Below, one piece after another: positions 51,956 to 62,355 of a stretch of 64,000 nucleotides of DNA. A program made the translations under genes and the position numbers. Position 1 is the first letter of the stretch. Each line of letters opens with the position of its first letter. The stretch is from Ranitomeya imitator (lineage: Eukaryota): the NCBI RefSeq assembly GCF_032444005.1, contig NC_091290.1, forward strand, positions 7,564,001 through 7,628,000, in the 5' to 3' direction. Under the pieces are notes generated by a model. The model was not told the DNA's origin. It ran no database searches and saw nothing but the letters and a program-made list of their open reading frames with translations.

Positions 51956-53194
51956 GTGAGTGCGGGCTGGCGGGAGGTGACGCTGCTGAATCCCTTCCTG
52001 GGGGTTTGTCGGTGACTTCCTGGCCGCTGTGACGCTCTAACTGCACATTTCTCGCCTTTTTCCTCCGTCAGCCCTGGTGTATGACGTCACCCGACTACAA
52101 ACTCCGTCACTTTCCCCTCTGACTCTTCTCTGTTGTGTTTTTTTTCTTCCTTACATATTGTCCAGTGGCAGCAGCCTGACCCCTGGTGTAATGCTGGACA
52201 TGGGGCGTCCTGCTGCTGCTGCCATTTATTTGGGGTAGTCATGGCCTGTGGAATGGAGCAAACGGCGACTACAAGGCGCAGTCCGTAATCCTGGGGTCCG
52301 ATCAGTCTAGTGGCCCGTCCACAGGTGTCACCTATCTGGCCATGTATTTGGGGGGCTCTGGCCCCCGCGTCTGGTATTGTGCACCCATCGCATATGAGGG
52401 TGTTCGTGCTGCTCCAGCGGGACAAAACCGTGACTACAACTCCCAGCATGCACGGAAACTAAAAGATGGTACTCCCTGCTGGGAGTTGTAGTTCGCAGCA
52501 GCACATGAAAGCCACAGGCCGTGCATGGAATTAAAGGGATTGTCCAGACCTGATGTCCGACATCAGTGATACTAGCACCCCGGCCTGATTTGTGGGGTCT
52601 CTGATGGTGGACGCGGCGCCTCTTCCTCACCTCTGTGCTGCGCTGAGCGACCTGTGGGTCTGTCTTTTGGAAACTACCACTCCCGGCAGTTTTTACCCTC
52701 ATGCTGGGAGTTGTAGTTCTTGTAACATTGGTGTCTGGTCTTTCTGGTCCTTGTGGTGCATTGTTGTGACATCCTGGATAGACCTTTGACCCCCACCGGG
52801 GCCGTCGCTCCTGAAGTTCAGCCGTCGTCTGCCCCTGTGATCCGCCATCTTCAGGAGCTTTTTAAAAATCTCTTGATTACTAAGAAGTAATCACTTAAAG
52901 GGGAAGTCTCCTTCCAGCATTGTGCGCGATATTACCGGACTTGTGTTAGAAGCGTCCGGTACTTTTTCTCCCGGGAGCAGAGCCGCCGCCCTGGACCTGA
53001 GGCGGCCACTGCCGGCTGTTCCTATTACTTCTATGTATTGATTGCACAGGGCCGCCGATGCAGAATGCTGGAAGGAGACGGGGTTGATGCCTGCGGCCCC
53101 CCGATGTCAGATTCTGATCACGGCGTGCCCCTCATGGACTCATGTCAGGCGTGGTATACCTCTCAGCTCTCCTTCTGTCTGACACCAGAAGCCC

Positions 53195-53540
53195 CAGCAG
53201 CGCCGCCTTATCCCCAGCAGCGCCGCCTTATCCCCAGCAGCGCCGCCTTATCCCCAGCAGCGCCGCCTTATCCCCAGCAGCGCCGCCTTAGCCCCATCAG
53301 CGCCGCCTTAGCCCCATCAGCGCCGCCTTAGCCCCATCAGCGCCGCCTTAGCCCCATCAGCGCCGCCTTAGCCCCATCAGCGCCGCCTTAGCCCCATCAG
53401 CGCCGCCTTAGCCCCAGCAGCGCCGCCTTAGCCCCAGCAGCGCCGCCTCAGCCCCAGCAGCGCCGCCTCAGCCCCAGCAGCTCCGCCTCAGCCCCAGCAG
53501 CTCCGCCTTAGCCCCAGCAGCGCCGCCCCCCCCAGCAGTG
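53195..53540. repeat. 20-bp GC-rich minisatellite (cgccgccttagccccagcag)
   Basis: Visible tandem units. Confidence 0.92.
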
Positions 53541-53993
53541 CAGCCTCAGGCTTCAATCCTGTAAGGAAAATCTCAATACGATCTTAGGGAACCATTTCTA
53601 TTGGATTTTTGTGTGGCCCCCAAGTATCCGGCCAGTGACCTGACTGTCTGGTGGGTAGGTACTAGTGGTGCACCGTGTAGTCATCCATAGGACCCCATAT
53701 ATCTGCAAAATTGGACCCTCCTGACCTGGGTATGTGCCCAGTAAGGAGTCTATGTGGGTGCAACTAGCTGTGTTTTGGGGAGAGTGAGGAGAGAATCATT
53801 CCGGGTCTCCTCCTTTGTGAAGGGACCCGGCTCCGCCTCCTGGACTCCTACCTCCTGGACTCGCCGGGTGCCCTACAAGTGCGCTGTGAAGCGTCCATGG
53901 CTGATATCTGCGGCTCATAGGTTCCATCAATAAGACGTGCTTTTGCTTCTGTTTTGCTCTGCAGGCACTCACTTCTCAGGCGTCTTCTCAACC

Positions 53994-54594
53994 ATGGACC
54001 CTTCAGAGGAGGCGGCTCAGAACCTGTCCGGCACCACGGAGGAGAACTACTTTGTGACGTACACCTTCACCGATCGCTCCCACAGCAGCCGCGTGGCGCA
54101 GAGCATCATGAAGCTTTGCATGGAGGAGCAGCTGTTTGCTGACGTCACCATCCTGGTGGAGGGGAAGGAGTTCCAGTTGCACCGGCTGGTTCTGTCGGCC
54201 CAGAGCTGCTTCTTTCGCTCCATGTTTGCGTCCAATCTGAAGGAGGGCCGTAACCGCGTGATCGAGCTGCAGGACGTCAGCGCCAGCGTCTTCCAGTTAC
54301 TGGTGGATTACATTTATCACGGGACGGTGAAGCTGCGGCTGGAGGAGTTGCAGGAGACCTACGAGGTGGCGGACATGTACCAGCTGATCTCTCTGTTCGA
54401 AGAATGCTCCCGCTTCCTGGTGCGGACGGTGCAGGTGAAGAACTGTCTGCAGATCATGTGGTTGGCGGATCAGCACAGCGACACCTCCCTCTACACTGCA
54501 GCGAAACACTGCGCCAAAACCCACCTGTCCCAGCTGTGTGATAGCGAGGAGTTCCTGAACCTGCCGCTGCGACTACTCACAGACATCCTGGGTG
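53994..54594 (+). CDS. KBTBD4: KBTBD4 exon 2 coding part (BTB and BACK domains), MDPSEEAAQ...ENYFVTYTFTDRSHSSRVAQ...LLTDILG
   Basis: Acceptor ctctgcag| at 53964/53965; |gtgagt donor; peptide matches KBTBD4 (FQLHRLVLSAQSCFFRSMF, LYTAAKHCAKTHL). Confidence 0.96.
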
Positions 54595-54859
54595 GTGAGT
54601 GACTGCGCTCCGCCTGATCCCAAGGGCTCGCACTCGCCTGCAGGAAAATGGACGAGTGCGATCTGATGAAAAATCGGATTACACCCTGACCAATGTTAAT
54701 CTGAGTCACAGCTCATCTGTGATTTTGATTTTTTTTTTTTTTTATATAAATGTTTTCACACCAATGTCCTTTGAAAAGCCGGCAATTCACCTGCCGCATA
54801 CAATAAAATCCAAGCGTGACCCAATAGAATAGATATAAAGATGTCAGTCACATACAGAA

Positions 54860-54999
54860 NNNNNNNNNNNNNNNNNNNNNNNNNNNNNNNNNNNNNNNNN
54901 NNNNNNNNNNNNNNNNNNNNNNNNNNNNNNNNNNNNNNNNNNNNNNNNNNNNNNNNNNNNNNNNNNNNNNNNNNNNNNNNNNNNNNNNNNNNNNNNNNN
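54860..54999. other. Assembly gap (140 N)
   Basis: Run of N. Confidence 0.99.
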
Positions 55000-55834
55000 A
55001 AATGTTAAAAAAAAACAGACAATGTGATTTTCTCTAGTAACCCCCCACGACAGCACACCTGGAGGATGTTACCCCTTTCCTAATAGGGACAGGAAATGAC
55101 AAGAGGTTAAATAACCCCTCCCTCATCCTCCCCTCAGTGTTTTTTCCTGTCCCTACTAGGGATGAAGAGGTCATCCCAGGTGTGCTGTGCCAGCAGCGGT
55201 CACCGGGGGGAATAGAGATTCTATGCCGGGTAGCTGGGGAGCAGACTTACCTCTCTTCCCCGAGCGCTGCTCCCGTCTCTCCGGACTCGGGACTTCCGCC
55301 ACCAGTCCGCACCGATAAGGCAAGGTCTGGGCGGCATTCTTCGGCTGGAGGCCTCCCTGAGCTCTCCAGCCCCTCTCCTCCTCCAGCGCTGTGCGCGCGA
55401 TGAGGGCTTCCGGTCTGAAGCCGGCGGCAGGAAGTGACGTCAGATGCCGGCCGGCTTCAGTACTCAGGAGGCTCCTTTTGCGTTCCACGCTGGAACGCAT
55501 GACAGTTAGCGTGGATATCGGCGGTTTCTCCCCCCACATCCGGACATTGGAGGAGGAGGTCCTCTCACAGGAGGACAGGTGCTGTGTCCGGTCGCCTATT
55601 TAAGAGCCCCGGACAAGAAGACGTCTCAGGTAAGACCACAGTGTGGTGAAATCATGGAGACGTCTGCCTCGCGCTCTGCTCTTGCAGATCCCAGCACCAT
55701 CCCGGCCCCAGTAAGTAATCTGGCCCAGGGTGTCCATTCCCTGATGTGGGTTGTAGTCTTATGATTCATTCTCCCCTTCCTTTTTAGGGGGACAAGGAAC
55801 CCACATCAGGAAGTAAAACAAAAACTACCCGCAA

Positions 55835-57061
55835 ATGCCAGTTTGTATGAAGAAGCTGTCCTCTTCATACAAGAAATCATTGTGCAAAGAATGCACAGAC
55901 AAAATAATCAGAGAGGAACGGCCATCCCTGATAGAGGAGATTAAAACCTTAATCCAGCAGGAGATTAAAACATCTCTGGCCACTCTTTCCCAGCCTACAC
56001 CATCTCCTAGTGCCCATCCTGAGGCTAAGAAAAGGAAACTTAATCCACAGGAGGAAGAGCAGGAGGACTCTCAAGGAGAGACATCGGACGAACCCCCAGA
56101 GGAGGGTGAATTATCCCTGGACTCTGAAACTGTCCAGCAAGAGAGATACTACTTCTCTTCATCTGATATAGAAGAACTCCTTACGGCTGTAAGGAAAACT
56201 ATGGAGGTTGAGGAGAAGACGGCCCAGTCAGTGCAAGAAGAGATGTTTGGAGGACTTCGTTCTAGGAAGCGTCAGGTGTTTCCTATTCACCAAAACATCC
56301 GGGATTTAGTTCTGGAGGAGTGGGAATCCCCAGAAAAGAAGCTGACTACTCCAGCGGAAATTAAAGACAGATTTCCTGTGGATGCCGAGACAGTGTCATG
56401 CTGGTCTGAAGTTCCAAAAGTGGACGTCCAGATTGCCAGACTAGCCAAAAAGACCACGCTACCATTCGAGGATGCCTCCCAACTGAGAGACCCTCTGGAA
56501 CGTAAAATGGACGGACTACTAAGAAAGTCGTGGGAAACATCAGCGTCCTTACTGAACATCAATTCAGTATCCACTTGCGTGGCTAGATCGATGCATCGCT
56601 GGCTGTGGCAGCTAGAGGAGCACTTGTCCTCAGGTACTCCGAGAGAAGATATTCTAGCCTCCTTGCCTATCTTCCAGAAAGCAACAGGCTTTTTAGCAGA
56701 TGCTGCCGCAGAATCCGTGAGAGTGACGGCGAGATCATCTGCACTGTCAAACTCAGTAAGGCGTTCACTCTGGCTAAGATCCTGGTCTGGTGATATGACT
56801 TCCAAAATGAGGCTGTGTTCTATTCCTTTTAAGGGAAAGTATATGTTTGGACCAGCCTTGGATGATCTTTTGGAGAGGGCTTCAGACAAGAAAAAGACCT
56901 TACCAGTACCTAGAAACCCTAGGAAAAGACCCTTCCGCGCACAGCAGGAACATACTCCTCAATACAGAGGAAAGGGTAAGACAGGTCACTGGAGTTATCC
57001 AAAAGGAGGGAAAGACAGGAATCTTTTTCTTTCCCAACCCCAAAACCAGAGAAAGCAATGA
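55835..57061 (+). CDS. DIRS-B ORF1 (gag-like; N-terminal CxxC-x13-CxxC remnant)
   Basis: 408-aa ORF at the ORF1 position; (KC)PVC...LCKEC; acidic linker; helical C-terminal half; Arg/Lys-rich tail. Confidence 0.8.
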   Translation: MPVCMKKLSSSYKKSLCKECTDKIIREERPSLIEEIKTLIQQEIKTSLATLSQPTPSPSAHPEAKKRKLNPQEEEQEDSQGETSDEPPEEGELSLDSETVQQERYYFSSSDIEELLTAVRKTMEVEEKTAQSVQEEMFGGLRSRKRQVFPIHQNIRDLVLEEWESPEKKLTTPAEIKDRFPVDAETVSCWSEVPKVDVQIARLAKKTTLPFEDASQLRDPLERKMDGLLRKSWETSASLLNINSVSTCVARSMHRWLWQLEEHLSSGTPREDILASLPIFQKATGFLADAAAESVRVTARSSALSNSVRRSLWLRSWSGDMTSKMRLCSIPFKGKYMFGPALDDLLERASDKKKTLPVPRNPRKRPFRAQQEHTPQYRGKGKTGHWSYPKGGKDRNLFLSQPQNQRKQ

Positions 57062-58952
57062 CGCCGTCATAGTGGGGGGTCGAATTTCGAACTTCCTCCC
57101 AGTCTGGCAAGAGATCGGTGTGGATCAGTGGACCTTAAGATTGGTCAAAGAGGGGATGAAAATAGAGTTTACATCATATCCCCAAAAAAGAATGAAAACT
57201 ACAACGTTATCAACACCGAAACTACAGTCCACCCTGATAACTGGGATAGAAGATCTCTTATTCAACAATGTGATCTCCACAGTCCCAAAAGACGAAAGAA
57301 ACAAGGGCCATTATTCCAGCCTATTTCTGATAAGGAAACCAAACGGAACCCATCGGATGATAATCAATCTGAAACCGCTGAATCAATATGTAACCTACAG
57401 AAGATTCAGAATGGAGTCCGTCAGATCGACAGTACCCTTAATAGGGCAAGACTTCGTCATGGCAACCATCGACTTACAGGACGCATATTATCACGTCCCA
57501 GTCCATCCAACCTATCGGAAATTTCTAAGGTTTGCAGTCACCAGAGGAGAAGTTATAGACCACTTCCAGTTCAATGTCCTCCCATTCGGACTATCATCAG
57601 CTCCAAGGATCTTCACAAAGGTCATGTCCGAGGTAATGGCGTACATCAGAAGTCGACGGATATGCATAATCCCATACCTCGACGACCTCTTGGTAGTGGC
57701 TCCCACGGTTCCAATTCTACAGGAACATCTTCAAACAACAGTCCAGATCCTGTCATCCCTGGGTTGGGTGATAAACCCCAAAAAATCGGATATGGTTCCG
57801 TCCACAACGAAGATCTTTTTAGGGGTCTTATTAGACTCCCACAGACAAACCTCTTTCTTGCCCGAACAAAAACGGTTCCTGCTTACATCAAGGATAAGAA
57901 CATTGCGGGACAAGAAGAGAGTATCTCTAAGATGGGCCATGTCAGTTCTAGGAACCATGACATCTTGCATCCAGATGGTGGCATGGGCTCAAGCCCACAC
58001 CAGGATACTTCAGACACATATTCTGTCAAGCTGGGACGGATCCCCAGGTTCTTTAGACAAATAGATCCGGATACCACCGCATGTAAAGTCCTCATTAACA
58101 TGGTGGCTACAAAAAGAGAACTTAATGAGAGGAGTTCCCTGGTTGCAGGTCCCAGCAGTGACCATAACAGTAGATGCCAGTGGAAAAGGTTGGGGAGCTA
58201 CGGTAGACCAGCACATATTCCAGGGATTCTGGTCAGCCGAAATAGCACAACAATCCTCGAATTTCAAAGAGCTAAAAGCAGTAGAAGAAGTTCTCAAAGC
58301 GGCGGTAACTCTTGTACAAAATTCCCACTTAAAAATATACTCAGACAACATGACAACAGTTGCCCACCTTCGCCACCAGGGAAGTACAAGACACGAAGAT
58401 CTAAAAAGAATATCAGCGAGAATATTTTCGTGGGCCGAAGAACATGTTCTCTCCATATCCGCCCTACATATAAAAGGGGAGATAAACGTACAAGCCGACT
58501 TCCTGAGCAGAACAGAGGTCCATCCAGGAGAATGGAGCCTAAACCCAGAAGTCTTTCAGATACTAGTCAAAAGATGGGGACAACCAGAAGTGGACTTGTT
58601 CGCGAACAGTCAGAACGCAAAGGTAGACCAGTTCTTCTCGCTAGATCCGATGAATCCGGGGTTAGCTGTGGACGCATTGGTCCAGCCATGGACATTCTCA
58701 CTAGCATACGCGTTCCCGCCATTGCCGGTCCTACCAAAAGTCCTGCAGAAAATAAGGGCAGAAAAACTCAAGGTGATCCTAGTGGCTCCACTTTGGCCCA
58801 AAAGAGGTTGGTTTGGGGCCCTCATCAGTCTAAAGATAGATGGGCCAATAGCACTTCCACCAGTCAAAGACCTTCTCTACCAGGGGCCAATACTCCATCC
58901 AGATCCCGAGAGGCTACACCTAGATGCCTGGCTTCTGAATTCTCAATTCTGA
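56847..58952 (+). pseudogene. DIRS-B pol (RT, RNase H, DAM-like methyltransferase) with one in-frame TAG at 58062-58064
   Basis: Track ORFs 56847-58064 and 58125-58952 share a frame. Motifs VGGRI, DLQDAYYHVPV, LPFGLSSAPRIF, YLDD (57675), TVDAS, SDNMTTV, VDLFAN and YAFPP. Confidence 0.9.
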
Positions 58953-59965
58953 GAACTAGAGGACTATCAAAGAGGGTAATTGAAACATTACAAAAAAGTC
59001 GCAAAACGGTTACTAATTCTATTTACCAAAAGATCTGGAAGACGTTCATCACGTGGTGTGCTCCTGAGCAACCTAACCCAGATAAACCAAACCTAGCCAA
59101 GATCCTGGATTTTCTACAAGATGGGCTGGAGAAGGGTCTCAGACCCAGCACCCTCAAGGTACAAGTGGCAGCCTTGAGCTCTTATTTTGACCAGTCTTTA
59201 GCCAACCATAGATGGGTAAGAAGATTCATGACGGCGGCATCCCGCATATCTCCAAGACCCATAAATATAGTTCCATCCTGGGACCTGAATATAGTCCTGA
59301 AAGGACTTACACTGCCACCATTTGAACCCTTATCTTCCATAACCATGGATAAACTCGCTTGGAAAACCACCTTCCTGGTAGCTATAACAGCCAGAAGAGT
59401 TGGTGAACTTCAAGCCCTGTCAATCAATGAGCCCTACATGAAGATTCTTCAGGACAGGCTTATCCTGCGATTAGACCCATCCTTTCTCCCAAAGGTCGTC
59501 TCTGATTTCCACAAATCGCAGGAGATAATTCTTCCGTCGTTCTATCAAGAACCAAAGAATGAGGAAGAGGAACATTTCCATACTTTGGATGTTCGAAGAA
59601 TGATACTCTATTATCTTCATGCATCAGAGAAGATTAGAAAAGAGCAGAATCTGTTTATTCATCTTCTCGGCCAGAATAAAGGGAAGAAGACTTCCAGATC
59701 CACAATTGCAAATTGGATCAAAAGAGCAATCTTGGAGGCTTATCAAATTCAAGGCCTCCCACCACCAGGAAAGCTCACAGCCCATTCTACTAGAGCAACA
59801 GCTGTCTCCTGGGCCGAGAAAGCCAGTGCTTCCATCGAGCAAATATGCAGAGCGGCTACGTGGTCCTCGGTCCATACGTTCTCCAAACATTACAGGCTTG
59901 ACCTGACGTCAAAAGAAGACTTAGCCTTCGGAGAAAAAGTCCTTAGCGCTGTAGTCCCTCCCTAA
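57128..59965 (+). CDS. DIRS-B ORF3, tyrosine recombinase with a long N-terminal extension overlapping pol
   Basis: 945-codon open frame; TARRVGEL, AHSTRA, ATWSS and KHY catalytic motifs. Confidence 0.9.
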   Translation: MDLKIGQRGDENRVYIISPKKNENYNVINTETTVHPDNWDRRSLIQQCDLHSPKRRKKQGPLFQPISDKETKRNPSDDNQSETAESICNLQKIQNGVRQIDSTLNRARLRHGNHRLTGRILSRPSPSNLSEISKVCSHQRRSYRPLPVQCPPIRTIISSKDLHKGHVRGNGVHQKSTDMHNPIPRRPLGSGSHGSNSTGTSSNNSPDPVIPGLGDKPQKIGYGSVHNEDLFRGLIRLPQTNLFLARTKTVPAYIKDKNIAGQEESISKMGHVSSRNHDILHPDGGMGSSPHQDTSDTYSVKLGRIPRFFRQIDPDTTACKVLINMVATKRELNERSSLVAGPSSDHNSRCQWKRLGSYGRPAHIPGILVSRNSTTILEFQRAKSSRRSSQSGGNSCTKFPLKNILRQHDNSCPPSPPGKYKTRRSKKNISENIFVGRRTCSLHIRPTYKRGDKRTSRLPEQNRGPSRRMEPKPRSLSDTSQKMGTTRSGLVREQSERKGRPVLLARSDESGVSCGRIGPAMDILTSIRVPAIAGPTKSPAENKGRKTQGDPSGSTLAQKRLVWGPHQSKDRWANSTSTSQRPSLPGANTPSRSREATPRCLASEFSILRTRGLSKRVIETLQKSRKTVTNSIYQKIWKTFITWCAPEQPNPDKPNLAKILDFLQDGLEKGLRPSTLKVQVAALSSYFDQSLANHRWVRRFMTAASRISPRPINIVPSWDLNIVLKGLTLPPFEPLSSITMDKLAWKTTFLVAITARRVGELQALSINEPYMKILQDRLILRLDPSFLPKVVSDFHKSQEIILPSFYQEPKNEEEEHFHTLDVRRMILYYLHASEKIRKEQNLFIHLLGQNKGKKTSRSTIANWIKRAILEAYQIQGLPPPGKLTAHSTRATAVSWAEKASASIEQICRAATWSSVHTFSKHYRLDLTSKEDLAFGEKVLSAVVPP

Positions 59966-60299
59966 AAATTACTCTTGGGTACTGCTCCAGGTGTGCTGTC
60001 GTGGGGGGTTACTAGAGAAAATAGAATTATTCTTACCGTTAATTCGGTTTCTAGTAACCCACCACGACAGCAGGAGTAATCCCTCCCTTTGCTTGATATA
60101 CATTCTGAAAAGAATAAATATAATTTGAAGCATTCATTCTCCTGTGGTCCTTTATAATAACACTGAGGGGAGGATGAGGGAGGGGTTATTTAACCTTGTC
60201 ATTTCCTGTCCCTATTAGGAAAGGGGTAACATCCTCCAGGTGTGCTGTCGTGGTGGGTTACTAGAAACCGAATTAACGGTAAGAATAATTCTATTTTCT

Positions 60300-60431
60300 G
60301 GATTTTTTTTTCTCAGTTTGTCTCCCATAGTGGAGGTCTACCTATGATGTAAATTACAGACGCCTCTCATCTTTTTAAGTGGTGGAACTTGCACTATTGC
60401 TGACTGACTAAATACTTTTTTGCCCCACAGA
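60300..60431 (+). mobile_element. Tc1-type terminal remnant split by DIRS-B (left piece about 55000-55027)
   Basis: Joining acaatgtgattttct to ggattttttttctc...atctttttaagtgg...gactaaatacttttttgcccca gives a recognisable Tc1-like terminal inverted repeat. Confidence 0.7.
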
Positions 60432-60823
60432 TACGTACACTTCTGGCCACATTCCGACTAGACCTGCCCAGCCTCACTTAGTTCACTGCATTGAGCGAGG
60501 CCGCACACGTCTAGTTGGCATGTGGCCGGGATTATGCATATCGCGCGACTGCAGTCACATGACCGCCTGGCACAGACACCGGAGAAATCCGACCGCACAC
60601 GCTGTGAGGATTCACACGTCTGTATATAGGGACTATATAGATTTTCTTGCCAAACCTGGACAACCCCCTATGGGGAGGAAAAAAAAAAAGGATTACTCCC
60701 AGATAGCAGTATGCGTGTATTACACCGTGATGATATAGTACAGAAGCCAGAAGTGGTATAGCTGCTACCCATGTGTATAGCCCGAGTGAAAAAAGGACAG
60801 TCGGAAATGTAACTACACAGCCC

Positions 60824-61937
60824 CCGGAAAAACCCAAAAAGCCGACCACAGGTCCAAAATTATTAAATAACATAAAGTTTATTAATGAATCAGGAAAATT
60901 ATAACAGAAAAATCAATGCACAAATTGTATAAATAATGAATGAATAAAATTATTACAAGATAAAAACAGAAAGCGCTGCATCCAGTTACAAAAAAGACTC
61001 CCATGATTGCAACCTACTGCAACAAAGATATTAGTGAATATTACCAGTAAAGGATGGTCGGGATGGAGGCAGCGTGCCGAGCGCGGGTTGGGGATGGAGG
61101 CAGCGTGCCGAGCGCGGGGCGGGGATGGAGGCAGCGTGCCGAGCGCGGGGCGGGGATGGAGGCAGCGTGCCGAGCGCGGGGCGGGGATGGAGGCAGCGTG
61201 CCGAGCGCGGGGCGGGGATGGAGGCAGCGTGCCGAGCGCGGGGCGGGGATGGAGGCAGCGTGCCGAGGGCGGGGATGGAGGCAGCGTGCCGGGGGCGGGG
61301 ATGGAGGCAGCGTGCCGAGGGCGGGGATGGAGGCAGCGTGCCGGACCACGGGTCGGGGATGGAGGCAGCGTGCCGAGCGCGGGGCGGGGATGGAGGCAGC
61401 GTGTCGAGCGCGGGGCGGGGATGGAGGCAGCGGGGCGGGGATGGAGGCAGCGTGCCGAGCGCGGGGCGGGGATGGAGGCAGCGTGCCGAGGGCGGGGCGG
61501 GGATGGAGGCAGCGTGCCGAGGGCGGGGCGGGGATGGAGGCAGCGTGCCGAGGGCGGGGATGGAGGCAGCGTGCCGGACCACGGGTCGGGGATGGAGGCA
61601 GCGTGCCGAGCGCGGGTCGGGGTTGGAGGCAGCGTGCCGGACCACGGGCTGGGGAGGCGCCATCCAGGTGACGTCAGTAAGTTACATCCATCTTTAGTTT
61701 ATCTTTTATTCCTGCACTTTTTTGCCCGGTCACTTCCAGATCACTCGTACACACGGACACGTACAGCTGCACTTTCACTGGATGCAGCTCTTCTTGTTTT
61801 TATCTTGTACTAATTTTATTCATTCATTATTTATACAATTTGTGCATTAATTTTTCTGTTATAATTTACCTGATTCATTAATAAACTTTGTTATTTAATA
61901 ATTTTGGACGTGTGGTCGGCGTTTTGGGTTTTTCCGG
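60824..61937. mobile_element. Foldback/MITE-like element: ~165-bp AT-rich inverted arms (60824-60986 and 61777-61937) around a GC-rich minisatellite
   Basis: Arms align by eye as reverse complements with only a few mismatches. Confidence 0.82.
61055..61660. repeat. 31-bp GC-rich minisatellite (ggatggaggcagcgtgccgagcgcggggcgg)
   Basis: Visible tandem units. Confidence 0.93.
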
Positions 61938-62355
61938 TCGTTGTGTATTCCCCAGTTAAGAATAAAGAAACAGATATTTATTTTTTCTAAATTTCTTGTA
62001 CCCTGGTGTCCATAAAAGATACGATCTATTGAGATACAAAATAGATTATCCTGAAGGGAAAGTGTAAAGAAACAGCACAGAAAAGCCAGAAGTCTCAAAA
62101 ATGGTGACACAAACCAATTTTTTTTTTTTTCACCTACTGATATGGTAAAATAAAACGTGTATGTGGCTGGTTAGTAGCAATCGCAATGAGCCGGAGAAAC
62201 AATATTAATATTTATTATTATTATTATTATGTAAGTTTCCATTCACTGCTGGAGAGGTTATAAAGTGAGGGCCGTCCCCTTCCGCTCGCTGCAGATTCCC
62301 ATCGTTCACAATGTCGTCCTGTCGGTTTCTTCCTGATTCCTCTTCTTCCCATCAG

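Larger units (their letters stand above)
55028..60299 (+). mobile_element. Full-length DIRS1-type retrotransposon (family B, about 5.27 kb) in KBTBD4 intron 2
   Basis: Left ITR 55028-55143; right ITR 60159-60267 plus a 3' extension to 60299; ICR 59985-60071 complementary to both ends; gag, RT/RH/MT and YR frames present. Confidence 0.96.

Noticed and set aside
53937-53993. N-terminal extension of KBTBD4 in the ORF track (MLLLLFCSAG...)
   Set aside because: Starts at GTG in the polypyrimidine tract and crosses the splice acceptor at 53964; the first ATG is 53994.
56287-56889. 200-aa antisense ORF inside DIRS gag, and other antisense ORFs in pol/YR
   Set aside because: No recognisable motifs; expected shadow ORFs opposite long coding frames.
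61007-61813. 200-270-aa GC-rich ORFs
   Set aside because: Frames of the 31-bp minisatellite within KBTBD4 intron 2.
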